Source: an uncultured bacterium (lineage in GTDB: Bacteria; Margulisbacteria; WOR-1; CAVSGV01). From it: 32,000 nucleotides of DNA. The notes under the pieces were generated by a model that was not told the origin of the DNA, ran no database searches, and saw nothing but the letters and a program-made list of their open reading frames with translations. Shown here piece by piece: positions 17,458-28,352 of the stretch. Each line of letters opens with the position of its first letter. Within the stretch, counting starts at the first letter, position 1. Location: assembly GCA_963699255.1 (NCBI GenBank), contig OY969425.1, forward strand, positions 660,001 through 692,000, read 5' to 3'. A program made the translations under genes and the position numbers.

Positions 17458-17606
17458 AGGGCAATTAAGGCGATTGATGGCGATACAAGGTGGTGGAAGG
17501 CATATGGCTAAAGGCTCATGGCAAAAGGAAATTTGTTTCTTGCCTTTTGTCTTATATCGTAAGCCCTATATGCCCTCTTTTGCCTTCAATCGCCATAAAT
17601 CGCCCT
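17458..17606. repeat. Second empty copy of the GGCGAT-unit hairpin element
   Basis: The left arm AGGGCAATTAAGGCGATTGATGGCGATACAAGG...ATGGCAAAAGG, an 11-nt loop, and the right arm TTGCCTTTTGTC...TTGCCTTCAATCGCCATAAATCGCCCT. The reverse complement of the right arm starts AGGGCGATTTATGGCGATTGAAGGC. Confidence 0.8.
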
Positions 17607-18089
17607 TTATTTCTGCGCATTTCTTAAATACAAGAAGACTAATATTACTATAAGTATTGGAAGCAATAAATCGTTCAGGTATAGTATCGGCCCCGCGTTA
17701 TAAACGGCGGTATTGCCGGATGTGATTATATCTCGGATATGGCCTGTCCCCGCCCCTATTCCGAAGATTCCGCCTATTATTGCGATTGCGAGCCAGTAAG
17801 TGCCGCGGAACCAGAAGCTAAGGAGCGCGGCGATGCCGATGGCTATGTTGGCGACGCCGACTTCGTACTGGAACGGGCTTCCGGGAGCCCAGCCGATGCC
17901 GCGGGCGATGGCGGGTCCATTGAAGATGTGCTCAAGTCCAGCCATTGTCTGGCCGATACCGACGGCAATGATGAAGTAATCAAGAAGGATTATCTCGAGT
18001 ATGTTTGATATATTGCGAGTCTTCCTCGTCAGCGCGATATGGATGAGAATAATAAGTATCGTGATTGTCAGCATTATTATTGGGAACAT
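17607..18089 (-). CDS. Integral membrane protein (about 4 TM segments), function unknown
   Basis: Hydrophobic segments are FPIIMLTITILIILIHIAL, ILLDYFIIAVGIG, VANIAIGIAALLSFWF, WLAIAIIGGIFGIGAG and LLLPILIVILVFLYL. Confidence 0.75.
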   Translation of the reverse strand: MFPIIMLTITILIILIHIALTRKTRNISNILEIILLDYFIIAVGIGQTMAGLEHIFNGPAIARGIGWAPGSPFQYEVGVANIAIGIAALLSFWFRGTYWLAIAIIGGIFGIGAGTGHIRDIITSGNTAVYNAGPILYLNDLLLPILIVILVFLYLRNAQK

Positions 18090-18172
18090 GGGGGGATTAT
18101 AGCAAAGAAAATAATAGTTTAATAATAAAAAGTGGTATTTTCAGAATAAGAACGTGGTAGAATATTTTAATT

Positions 18173-19153
18173 GTGATTAAACAAAGAAATATTATAAACG
18201 AACTCACGAGAAGGCTATCAGAAGTAGAAACTTTTTCAAATCATCCAATCACTTCCAAAAAGACTGCCGAAGCATTCTTTTCAGGAATTGCTGATTATAT
18301 GAATTTTATCTTAACAAACCATAAGTTGAAGGGCTATTGTCAGCAATTAGAGAAAAAGCAAAAGGGACTAACCGTTAGTAAGGAATTATCAAAAGAAGAT
18401 GATTCGATGATAAAACAACTCAAGAAGTACTCCGATGATATTGAAGGAATAATTAAAGCGAATAATATAACTAACCTTCCCTATGACAAAATTATACCTC
18501 CTGGATATAGTGGATCAATATCTGCAGATCAAGCTCTTTCCCTCACTTATTGGAGAGCAAATTCATATGTTACTCGTAAAACTCATGTTGCAGGAGATGG
18601 CTATTCTGGAATAAGAGAGTTGAGGTATTTGACTGATGAACTGATGCTAAAAATTGGAAAAACACCTGAACTGGAAAAGATTTACAAAGATTGTCATAAA
18701 TTAGTTGAAAATTATGATAATAAATTAAAAACAAAATCACGTCTTGAGGCCTTCTTAAGACATGATGCCTACAAATCACTTTTAGAAGTATGGGACTATT
18801 TCTATAATGGGGAAAATTGGAAGAGTAACCTAAATTTCATAATAATGTATGGCTCATGTTTAGATTCAAATTCATCATCCGCGCTAAAGACTGAGGATGC
18901 TCAAAAGATTAATCGTGCAAAAGATGAATATTTATCATCATTACATAAAATGCACAATTACCTTTCGGATAAATACGATGAAACAAATATAGTATTTGAC
19001 ATACTCTCTCCAGCGATAAAAAGCTTTGCAACAACACTTGTTGGCCTTATTCTTATTGGGGTATTACTTGCAGCTCTTAATCTATTAAATTTTAAGCTGC
19101 CCATCAAACTAATAAATGCCGCAATGAAATACATTGCATTAGTAAAACAATGA
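18173..19153 (+). CDS. Low-GC orphan protein, helical, with a C-terminal transmembrane anchor
   Basis: A 326-aa ORF with a GTG start and no obvious Shine-Dalgarno. The C-terminal segment is FATTLVGLILIGVLLAALNLL. Base composition is far below that of the flanks. I recognise no family. Confidence 0.6.
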   Translation: MIKQRNIINELTRRLSEVETFSNHPITSKKTAEAFFSGIADYMNFILTNHKLKGYCQQLEKKQKGLTVSKELSKEDDSMIKQLKKYSDDIEGIIKANNITNLPYDKIIPPGYSGSISADQALSLTYWRANSYVTRKTHVAGDGYSGIRELRYLTDELMLKIGKTPELEKIYKDCHKLVENYDNKLKTKSRLEAFLRHDAYKSLLEVWDYFYNGENWKSNLNFIIMYGSCLDSNSSSALKTEDAQKINRAKDEYLSSLHKMHNYLSDKYDETNIVFDILSPAIKSFATTLVGLILIGVLLAALNLLNFKLPIKLINAAMKYIALVKQ

Positions 19154-19203
19154 TCTTTATCGCCCAACGATACTTCGCACATCAAATACTTATCTAATAC
19201 TTC

Positions 19204-19551
19204 TTATTCTTCTTCTCTCTCTCTTAAATTTTCTTTTTTCGTCCATCCGGATATGTTCACCTGGACCATATTCCCCTCGCTGCCCACCCTCTTTATTTCA
19301 GCGCCTTTTTGGCGTAAATATATGTAAGCTCGCCGTGAAATATACGCTCCAAACCTCACCTTGATCCACCCGCCCTTTTCATCGATATCCGTTATTTTTA
19401 TGTACTGGGTCTTCTGCAGAGTATAGACCAACATTGCCTTTACCGAAGGCCCTTTCCTTATATTGGCATGATCCCATCGAACAGCCCAGTCCGACGCGAA
19501 AACCGGCAGCGAAAGCACTATCAGGATCAGAACGATAAACGCTTTTTTCAT
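19204..19551 (-). CDS. Secreted bacterial SH3 (SH3b) domain protein
   Basis: The sequence runs MKKAFIVLILIVLSLPVFASDWAVRWDHANIRKGPSVKAMLVYTLQKTQYIKITDIDEKGGWIKVRF. The rest of the 340-aa track ORF is antisense to the pilin gene. Confidence 0.8.
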   Translation of the reverse strand: MKKAFIVLILIVLSLPVFASDWAVRWDHANIRKGPSVKAMLVYTLQKTQYIKITDIDEKGGWIKVRFGAYISRRAYIYLRQKGAEIKRVGSEGNMVQVNISGWTKKENLREREEE

Positions 19552-19602
19552 GAACAATATATACCACCGGCCGCCCGGCACATCAAGAGCAATATTTGGG
19601 TG

Positions 19603-19632
19603 TTGACATGCTTGCACCGTATAAGATACAAT
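19603..19632 (+). promoter_or_regulatory. Sigma70-like promoter for pilin gene 1
   Basis: TTGACA (19603-19608), 18 nt, TACAAT (19627-19632). Confidence 0.55.
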
Positions 19633-19677
19633 TTCCATAAAAGGTTCACATGTCCCAAAAGAAAGGCGGGATGAAAA

Positions 19678-20118
19678 ATGAAAAGCAGAGGATTTACCCT
19701 TATCGAGCTCCTTATAGTAATGGCGGTCATAGCGATCCTTATCGGCATAGCGCTGCCCAGCTTCAGGGGAATGCAGCAGGAAGCCAGGAAGACAAGGGCC
19801 CAGGGCGATGTAAGGACCATAAAGATGGCGGTGGAGGCATATTACATGGACCACCAGAACACCTATCCCGCCGAAGCAAATTACCAGGCGACCCTTCAGG
19901 CTTCCGTCCCGCAGATACTTACCAGCACCCTGTATGATCCTTTTGGCGCCACTTCCACGACGCAGTATCTGTATTCTCTGGACACTCACAACCCCGCCAC
20001 GGCAAATTATTATATTATTTCTTCGGTCAGCCCATCTGGTGTTGCTACCGCTACCGTTAGCACGACCGGAACCATAACCGCATCGTCCGATGCGATCTAC
20101 GCTTCGAACGGCCATTGA
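19678..20118 (+). CDS. Prepilin-type N-terminal cleavage/methylation domain protein (GspG / type IV pilin-like), copy 1
   Basis: The class III signal is MKSRG/FTLIELLIVMAVIAILIGIALPSF, followed by a GspG-like AQGDVRTIKMAVEAYYMD...YP. Confidence 0.9.
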   Translation: MKSRGFTLIELLIVMAVIAILIGIALPSFRGMQQEARKTRAQGDVRTIKMAVEAYYMDHQNTYPAEANYQATLQASVPQILTSTLYDPFGATSTTQYLYSLDTHNPATANYYIISSVSPSGVATATVSTTGTITASSDAIYASNGH

Positions 20119-20137
20119 TATTAAATGATGCTGAGCT

Positions 20138-20190
20138 CTAGATCTTAACGCCGGGTTGTTTGGCTTTCTCGAGCTTCGAGCCCGGCTCCG
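20138..20190 (-). pseudogene. Relic of the ligA 3' end, copied with the pilin duplication
   Basis: The minus strand reads [14 protein letters not shown]-stop, against the authentic ligA tail [26 protein letters not shown]. The nucleotide match is CTTAACGCC..TTTGGCTTTCTCGAG.TTCGAGCC.GG at 20144-20185 versus 20791-20832. Confidence 0.75.
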
Positions 20191-20253
20191 TATCGCCCTA
20201 ACTGCCGAGCCTTTAAATTGCAGCACTTTTTTGGCGTTTGAAACGCGAAAATA

Positions 20254-20262
20254 TGATATAAT
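20254..20262 (+). promoter_or_regulatory. Extended -10 promoter element for pilin gene 2
   Basis: TGATATAAT matches TGnTATAAT. No good -35 lies at the proper spacing. Confidence 0.45.
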
Positions 20263-20299
20263 TTTTAAATAAGACCCTCAAGAAAGGCCGGATAAAAAA

Positions 20300-23420
<3,121 letters not shown>

Positions 23421-23432
23421 AGAAATAAATCT

Positions 23433-23547
23433 CACAAATTACAATAAACAAATCACAAACAATAAACAATCAACAAATTACAATGTTTGTCAGATTGTAT
23501 ATTGTAAATTGTTTGTAACTTGGGATTTGTTTATTGTGTATTATTTG
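23433..23547. repeat. A/C-rich versus G/T-rich long hairpin filling the nrnA-truB gap
   Basis: The left arm is CACAAATTACAATAAACAAATCACAAACAATAAACAATCAACAAATTACAAT. The right arm is ATTGTATATTGTAAATTGTTTGTAACTTGGGATTTGTTTATTGTGTATTATTTG. The core ACAATAAACAAATCACAA pairs 17/18 with TTGGGATTTGTTTATTGT. The arms show a roughly 7-nt ACAAnnn periodicity. Confidence 0.75.
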
Positions 23548-24485
23548 ATCACCCTGAACACTTCGGCCAGCGTTTTTTCTTTCGCGTCTTCAAGCTTTCC
23601 GTTGAGTATCGCCCCGGACGCCCTTATGTGCCCGCCGCCGCCCAGCTTCTTCGCTATGTCGGATACGTTCACCTTGAATTTGGAGCGGAAATTCACTTTT
23701 ATCCCGTCACCTTCCTCGCGGAAAAGGACCGCCACCTCAACGCCTTTTATTGAGCGTATCTGATCCACAATGCCCGTAAGGTCCTCGCTCTTCGCCCCGA
23801 TCGAATCCATCAGCTTCCGGGGGAGGACCGTCCACGCGACCTTCCCGCTCTTTGTGGTCTCCAGCCTGTACATCGCGGCCCCGAGCACTTTCACGGAAGA
23901 TTTCGTCTTTGACTCATAGACCGCCATCGCGATCCTGCTTATGTCCGCACCCGCCCTCGCGAGGAACGCGGCGACGTCAAAGGTCCGGGCGGTCGTGTAG
24001 TCATAACGGAAATTCCCCGTGTCTGTCATTATTCCCGCGTAAAGGCACGCCGCGATATCCTTTGATATCCTGATGTTCATTTTCCTGAATAAATTGAATA
24101 ATATCTCAGAAACGGAAGAAATATTCTCGATCAGATTTATATCGCCGAATTCCGTGTTGTCAGGATGGTGGTCTATATTGATGATCTTATGCGCCAGGGC
24201 CTTGAGGTTTATTTTCTTCCCCACCCTGTTCTCGCCGCCGCAGTCAACCGCAACGGCAAGATCGAATTTCCCCCTGCCTAAAGAATGCTTCACTCTGGCC
24301 GACTGCGGAAGGAACCTGTATATCTGGGGCACCTTGTCCCTGCAGTACATCGTGACCTTTTTGCCCGATGCCTTCAGCGCGAGGTACATCGCCAGCATGG
24401 ATCCCACGGCGTCGCCGTCCGGATCCGTGTGGGTAACGATCAGCGCGCTGCCGGCTTTTTGTATCGCCTTTATGACTTCTTGCAT
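23541..24485 (-). CDS. nrnA: DHH-family phosphoesterase, NrnA-type oligoribonuclease / pAp phosphatase
   Basis: Contains DPDGDAVGS, NIDHHPDN (DHH motif) and GGGGHIRASGA (DHHA1 GGGH). Confidence 0.88.
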   Translation of the reverse strand: MQEVIKAIQKAGSALIVTHTDPDGDAVGSMLAMYLALKASGKKVTMYCRDKVPQIYRFLPQSARVKHSLGRGKFDLAVAVDCGGENRVGKKINLKALAHKIINIDHHPDNTEFGDINLIENISSVSEILFNLFRKMNIRISKDIAACLYAGIMTDTGNFRYDYTTARTFDVAAFLARAGADISRIAMAVYESKTKSSVKVLGAAMYRLETTKSGKVAWTVLPRKLMDSIGAKSEDLTGIVDQIRSIKGVEVAVLFREEGDGIKVNFRSKFKVNVSDIAKKLGGGGHIRASGAILNGKLEDAKEKTLAEVFRVIK

Positions 24486-24832
24486 GGCTTCTTCTTTTCC
24501 TTGTGAAGCTTGTTTATGATCGCGAAGACCTTCGCTCCCCGCTCGATGGAGGTGTCCTGCTTGAACAATATCTCCGGAACATCGCGCAGCTGGAGCCTGC
24601 TGCCCAGCTCGCGGCGGACGAATTTTGTGGCGGAATACAGCGCGGACATCGTGTCGTTCTGTTCCTTCTGGGTGCCGTAAACACTGACGAATATCTTCGC
24701 GTTCTGGAGGTCGGGCCCGACGTCGACCGAGGTGACTGACGCGAATCCGATGCGCGGATCATTGAGTTTTCTGGAAATTATGTCGCTGACTTCCTGCTTG
24801 ATAAGCTCCGCGACCCTGTCTGCTCTGGTCAT
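24470..24832 (-). CDS. rbfA: Ribosome-binding factor A
   Basis: MTRADRVAELIKQEVSDIISRKLNDPRIGFASVTSVDVGPDLQNAKIFVS. ATG 24832 overlaps the infB stop (TAATG). Confidence 0.92.
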   Translation of the reverse strand: MTRADRVAELIKQEVSDIISRKLNDPRIGFASVTSVDVGPDLQNAKIFVSVYGTQKEQNDTMSALYSATKFVRRELGSRLQLRDVPEILFKQDTSIERGAKVFAIINKLHKEKKKPCKKS

Positions 24833-26841
24833 TAGAGTTTCCTTGCGGATGTCCTTATTTCGAAACAATCAACGGTATCGCCTTCGGCAAAGTCGGAATA
24901 TCCGGAGATGGAGATGCCGCACTCATATCCAGCCTGGACTTCCTTAGCATCTTCCTTGAACCTCTTAAGCGATTCAAGCCGGCCTTCATAGATCTTCTTT
25001 CCCTCTCTCCAGATCCTTATGCTGGCGCCCCTCTGCATCTTTCCGTCCTTGACGGTGCATCCGGCGATGACGCCCACCTTCGAATACTTGAAAAGCGCCT
25101 TCACCGTCGCGTGCCCGAGGACCACCTCTTCCTTTACCGGCTCAAGCAGGCCCGTCATCGCGGCCTTAACGTCATCCGCGATCTGGTAAATTATGTTGTA
25201 TATCCTCGCGTCCACGCCCTTGTCATCCGCGAGCAGCTTGGCGCCGCCCTCAAAAGGCACGTTGAAACCTATGATTATGCCCTTTGTCGTGAGCGCGAGC
25301 AGGACGTCGCTCTCGGAAATGCCTCCCGCGCCGCTGTGGATTATATTCACCCTTACGTCCGCGGTTGTCAGGTTCTGGAGAAGCGTCTTTATCGCTTCAA
25401 CGGAGCCCTGCACATCGGCCTTAAGGATGATGTTCAGGTCCTTTCTTACACCTTCCTTCACCGCGCGGGAAAAATCCTCAAGTGTAAGCACTTTCCCCCG
25501 CATCTGCTTGAATTGTTCGATCTCGAGGCGTTTTTTCTCGGAAAGTTTTCTCGCCGTCTGGTCATCGCGGACCACCCTGAACAGCTCGCCAGGCACGGGC
25601 ACGGTTTCCGCACCGAGGACTTCCACGGGCTGGGACGGAAGCGCTTTTTTTATGTTCTTGCCTTTGTCATCGATCAACGCCCTCACTTTTCCGGAAACTC
25701 CCCCGACATAAAAAGTGTCCCCTATCTTAAGGGTGCCGTTGCCGATAAGGACGGTTGCGACAGGGCCTCTTCCTTTGTCGAGCTTTGCCTCTATGACTAT
25801 ACCGGACGCGGACCTTGAAGGGTTGGCTTTCAGCTCCAGTATATCGGCTGTAAGGAGTATCATGTCGAGCAGTTCATCGATCCCGGTCCCCTGCTTCGCG
25901 GATATCGGGACAACGACCGTTTTACCTCCCCACTCTTCCGGAGTAAGGTCGTATTCCGTCAGCTGTTTCTTTACGCGCTCGATGTTGGCTTCCGGCTTGT
26001 CTATTTTGTTGATGGCGATGATGATCGGCACTCCCGCGGCTTTCGCGTGGTTTATGGCTTCCACGGTCTGGGGCATGATCCCGTCATCTGCGGCAACTAC
26101 AAGCACAGCTATGTCGGTCACCTTCGCTCCCCTGGACCTCAGCGCCGTGAAAGCTTCGTGGCCCGGAGTATCAAGGAACGAGACCTTTCTGCCCTTCACT
26201 TCCACCTGGTACGCTCCTATGTGCTGCGTGATCCCTCCCGCCTCGGTTGCCATCACGTTCGTCTTCCTTATCGCGTCAAGGAGCTTTGTTTTTCCATGGT
26301 CGACGTGGCCCATTACGACAACGATGGGAGGCCTGGGCACGAGATGCGCCGCTTCTTCCTTCTGGACCGCGGCGGCGGGGCCCGCCTCTTTTTCCTCTGA
26401 CAGGACGTCGATATTGAATACTTTCGCGACCGCCCTGGCCACGTTCACATCCACCCTCTGGTTTATCGTCGCCAGTATCCCCAGCCTCATGAGTTCCTTG
26501 ATCACGTCGCTCGCCTTTGATTCAAGTTTTTCCGAAAGTTCCTTCACGTTGATGTCGCCGATTATCGATATCGTCTTTTTCGGGGGCGCTTTTACTTCAA
26601 CGGGAGGCTCCGCTTTCGCGGGTTCAGGCGCTTTTACAACGGGGATATCCACGGCCTTCTTTTCCTCTTTTTTACCTTTGGACAGCAGGTCTTCAGCCGA
26701 CTTGGCATCTTCTTCGCTTATGACGCTAGCCGTGGTCTTTGCCGCGACCCCAAGTTCCTTCAGGCTCTTTAAAAGATCCTTCGGGTCGAGCTTAAGGTCT
26801 TCCGCAAGCTTTGATACTTTTATTCCTTTTTTTGTCGCCAA
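24832..26841 (-). CDS. infB: Translation initiation factor IF-2
   Basis: G-domain motifs GHVDHGKT, DTPGH and NKID are present, with full-length IF-2 similarity. Confidence 0.98.
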   Translation of the reverse strand: MATKKGIKVSKLAEDLKLDPKDLLKSLKELGVAAKTTASVISEEDAKSAEDLLSKGKKEEKKAVDIPVVKAPEPAKAEPPVEVKAPPKKTISIIGDINVKELSEKLESKASDVIKELMRLGILATINQRVDVNVARAVAKVFNIDVLSEEKEAGPAAAVQKEEAAHLVPRPPIVVVMGHVDHGKTKLLDAIRKTNVMATEAGGITQHIGAYQVEVKGRKVSFLDTPGHEAFTALRSRGAKVTDIAVLVVAADDGIMPQTVEAINHAKAAGVPIIIAINKIDKPEANIERVKKQLTEYDLTPEEWGGKTVVVPISAKQGTGIDELLDMILLTADILELKANPSRSASGIVIEAKLDKGRGPVATVLIGNGTLKIGDTFYVGGVSGKVRALIDDKGKNIKKALPSQPVEVLGAETVPVPGELFRVVRDDQTARKLSEKKRLEIEQFKQMRGKVLTLEDFSRAVKEGVRKDLNIILKADVQGSVEAIKTLLQNLTTADVRVNIIHSGAGGISESDVLLALTTKGIIIGFNVPFEGGAKLLADDKGVDARIYNIIYQIADDVKAAMTGLLEPVKEEVVLGHATVKALFKYSKVGVIAGCTVKDGKMQRGASIRIWREGKKIYEGRLESLKRFKEDAKEVQAGYECGISISGYSDFAEGDTVDCFEIRTSARKL

Positions 26842-26847
26842 TTATTC

Positions 26848-28137
26848 TTACCCCTCTTTTTCAACGTCCTCATCGCCAACGGCATCTTCTTTTGCTTCTT
26901 CCGCTTTTTTCTCTTCCGGGGCCTCTTCCGCTTTTTCCTCTTTTACCTCTTCCGTAACTTCCTCTTTTTTGACTTCTTTAGTTTTTTTGACCTTTTTCTC
27001 TTCTTTTGCCTCTATTACATCTTCCACTTTTTCCCCTTCATTAACTTCTTTAACCTCTAGCTCTTTTAGCTCCTCTTTTGCTTTCTTCTCCTCTTTCGCC
27101 TTCTTCTGCCCTTCCTCTGATAATATGTCTATTTTCCATCCGGTCAGTTTTGCGGCAAGCCTGACGTTCTGGCCCTCTTTCCCTATGGCGAGGGAAAGCT
27201 GGCTTTCCGGAAGGATAACGTGCGCTATATTTTCCGCCGTATTGAGGTCTATTTTCGTCACCTTGGCCGGAGAAATAGCATTTGTGATGAAAGTTTTAAT
27301 GTCCTCGCTCCACTCGATAACGTCTATTCTCTCGTTGCCCACTTCCCTGACGATATTCTGTATCCTTGCCCCCATATGGCCTATGCAGGTCCCGACGGCC
27401 CCCACATTCTTGTCTTTTGACATCACGGCGACCTTCGCTCTCCTGCCGGGTTCCCTCACTATCCCTTTGATCTCGATCGTCCCCTGCAGAACTTCCGGGA
27501 TCTCCAGCTCGAAGAGCTTCTTAAGGAAATTCGGGTGCGCCCTGGAAATGGATATGACGGGACCCCTGGGCGTTTTTTTTGTCTCAAGCACCAGCACCTT
27601 TATCCTGTCCTTGGGCCTGTAGTTCTCCCCGGGTATGCTCTCCGAAAAAGGAAGGAGCGTTTCAACTTTGCCGAGATTGATCAGGTAGCCGTTCGCTTCT
27701 TTCCTCTGCACGATCCCTCCAAGGAGCTCGCCCTGTTTCTTTACATACTCCTCGTATGCGCCCTCTTTTTCAGCTTCCCTTATCCTCTGGATGATCACCT
27801 GTTTTGCGGTCTGCGCGGCGAGGCGGCCGAAACCCGAAGGCGTGACGTCTATTTTTACCTCATCCCCCACCTTCGCGTCTTTTTTTATTTTCACCGCTTC
27901 TTTTTTGGATATCTCAAGGAGGCTGTCCTTGACCTTCATCACGACGGTCTTCCTTGCGAGTATCATGAACGTCCCGTCCTCCTCCATGGAGGATTCCAGG
28001 TTTTCCGCGTGCTCGAGCTTCTTCTTGGACGCGGAAAGCAGAGCGGCGGACACCGCGTCTATAAGGACCTTTTTGTCCACGTTGCGCTCTTTCTGGATCT
28101 CTTCAAGCGCCCTGTTGAACCCTTCTATTTTGATCAT
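26848..28137 (-). CDS. nusA: Transcription termination/antitermination factor NusA with a long Lys/Glu-rich C-terminal tail
   Basis: ATG 28137 follows GGAGG. The S1 and KH regions include IGKEGQNVRLAAKLTGWKIDI. The C-terminal roughly 90 aa are low-complexity K/E. Confidence 0.95.
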   Translation of the reverse strand: MIKIEGFNRALEEIQKERNVDKKVLIDAVSAALLSASKKKLEHAENLESSMEEDGTFMILARKTVVMKVKDSLLEISKKEAVKIKKDAKVGDEVKIDVTPSGFGRLAAQTAKQVIIQRIREAEKEGAYEEYVKKQGELLGGIVQRKEANGYLINLGKVETLLPFSESIPGENYRPKDRIKVLVLETKKTPRGPVISISRAHPNFLKKLFELEIPEVLQGTIEIKGIVREPGRRAKVAVMSKDKNVGAVGTCIGHMGARIQNIVREVGNERIDVIEWSEDIKTFITNAISPAKVTKIDLNTAENIAHVILPESQLSLAIGKEGQNVRLAAKLTGWKIDILSEEGQKKAKEEKKAKEELKELEVKEVNEGEKVEDVIEAKEEKKVKKTKEVKKEEVTEEVKEEKAEEAPEEKKAEEAKEDAVGDEDVEKEG

Positions 28138-28221
28138 ATTTTCCTCCAATATTACTTTAAATAAAAAAGAGTGGCGTTCTTCCACTCTCTGCTGCAGTAC
28201 CTATTTCTTCTTAGCCGTGTA

Positions 28222-28250
28222 AATATAGCACGATCGAGCCTGTCTGGCAA
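28222..28250 (-). promoter_or_regulatory. Sigma70-like promoter for the nusA operon
   Basis: The minus strand reads TTGCCA-17 nt-TATATT. Confidence 0.45.
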
Positions 28251-28352
28251 GGTCAATTGAGATGAAATTTTCACCCGTTTTTGACGATATAAGCGCACAA
28301 GGCGAGGAGATCTTAAAGCCCAAGATCAATGGGGTCAAAGGGGGAATAAAAC

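Noticed and set aside
14443-17606. CRISPR array, suggested by the periodic GGCGAT-containing units
   Set aside because: The units are only about 7-10 nt, degenerate and contiguous, with no unique spacers. The blocks are inverted-repeat arms. No cas genes are present.
19552-20226. Upstream two thirds of the 340-aa minus-strand ORF
   Set aside because: Only the last 115 codons (signal peptide plus SH3b) look like a gene. The remainder is antisense to pilin gene 1 and crosses the ligA relic out of frame.
25715-27622. 635-aa plus-strand Ser/Phe/Thr-rich ORF
   Set aside because: It is antisense to infB and nusA. Its low-complexity composition mirrors the K/E-rich codons of the real genes, so it is a shadow ORF.
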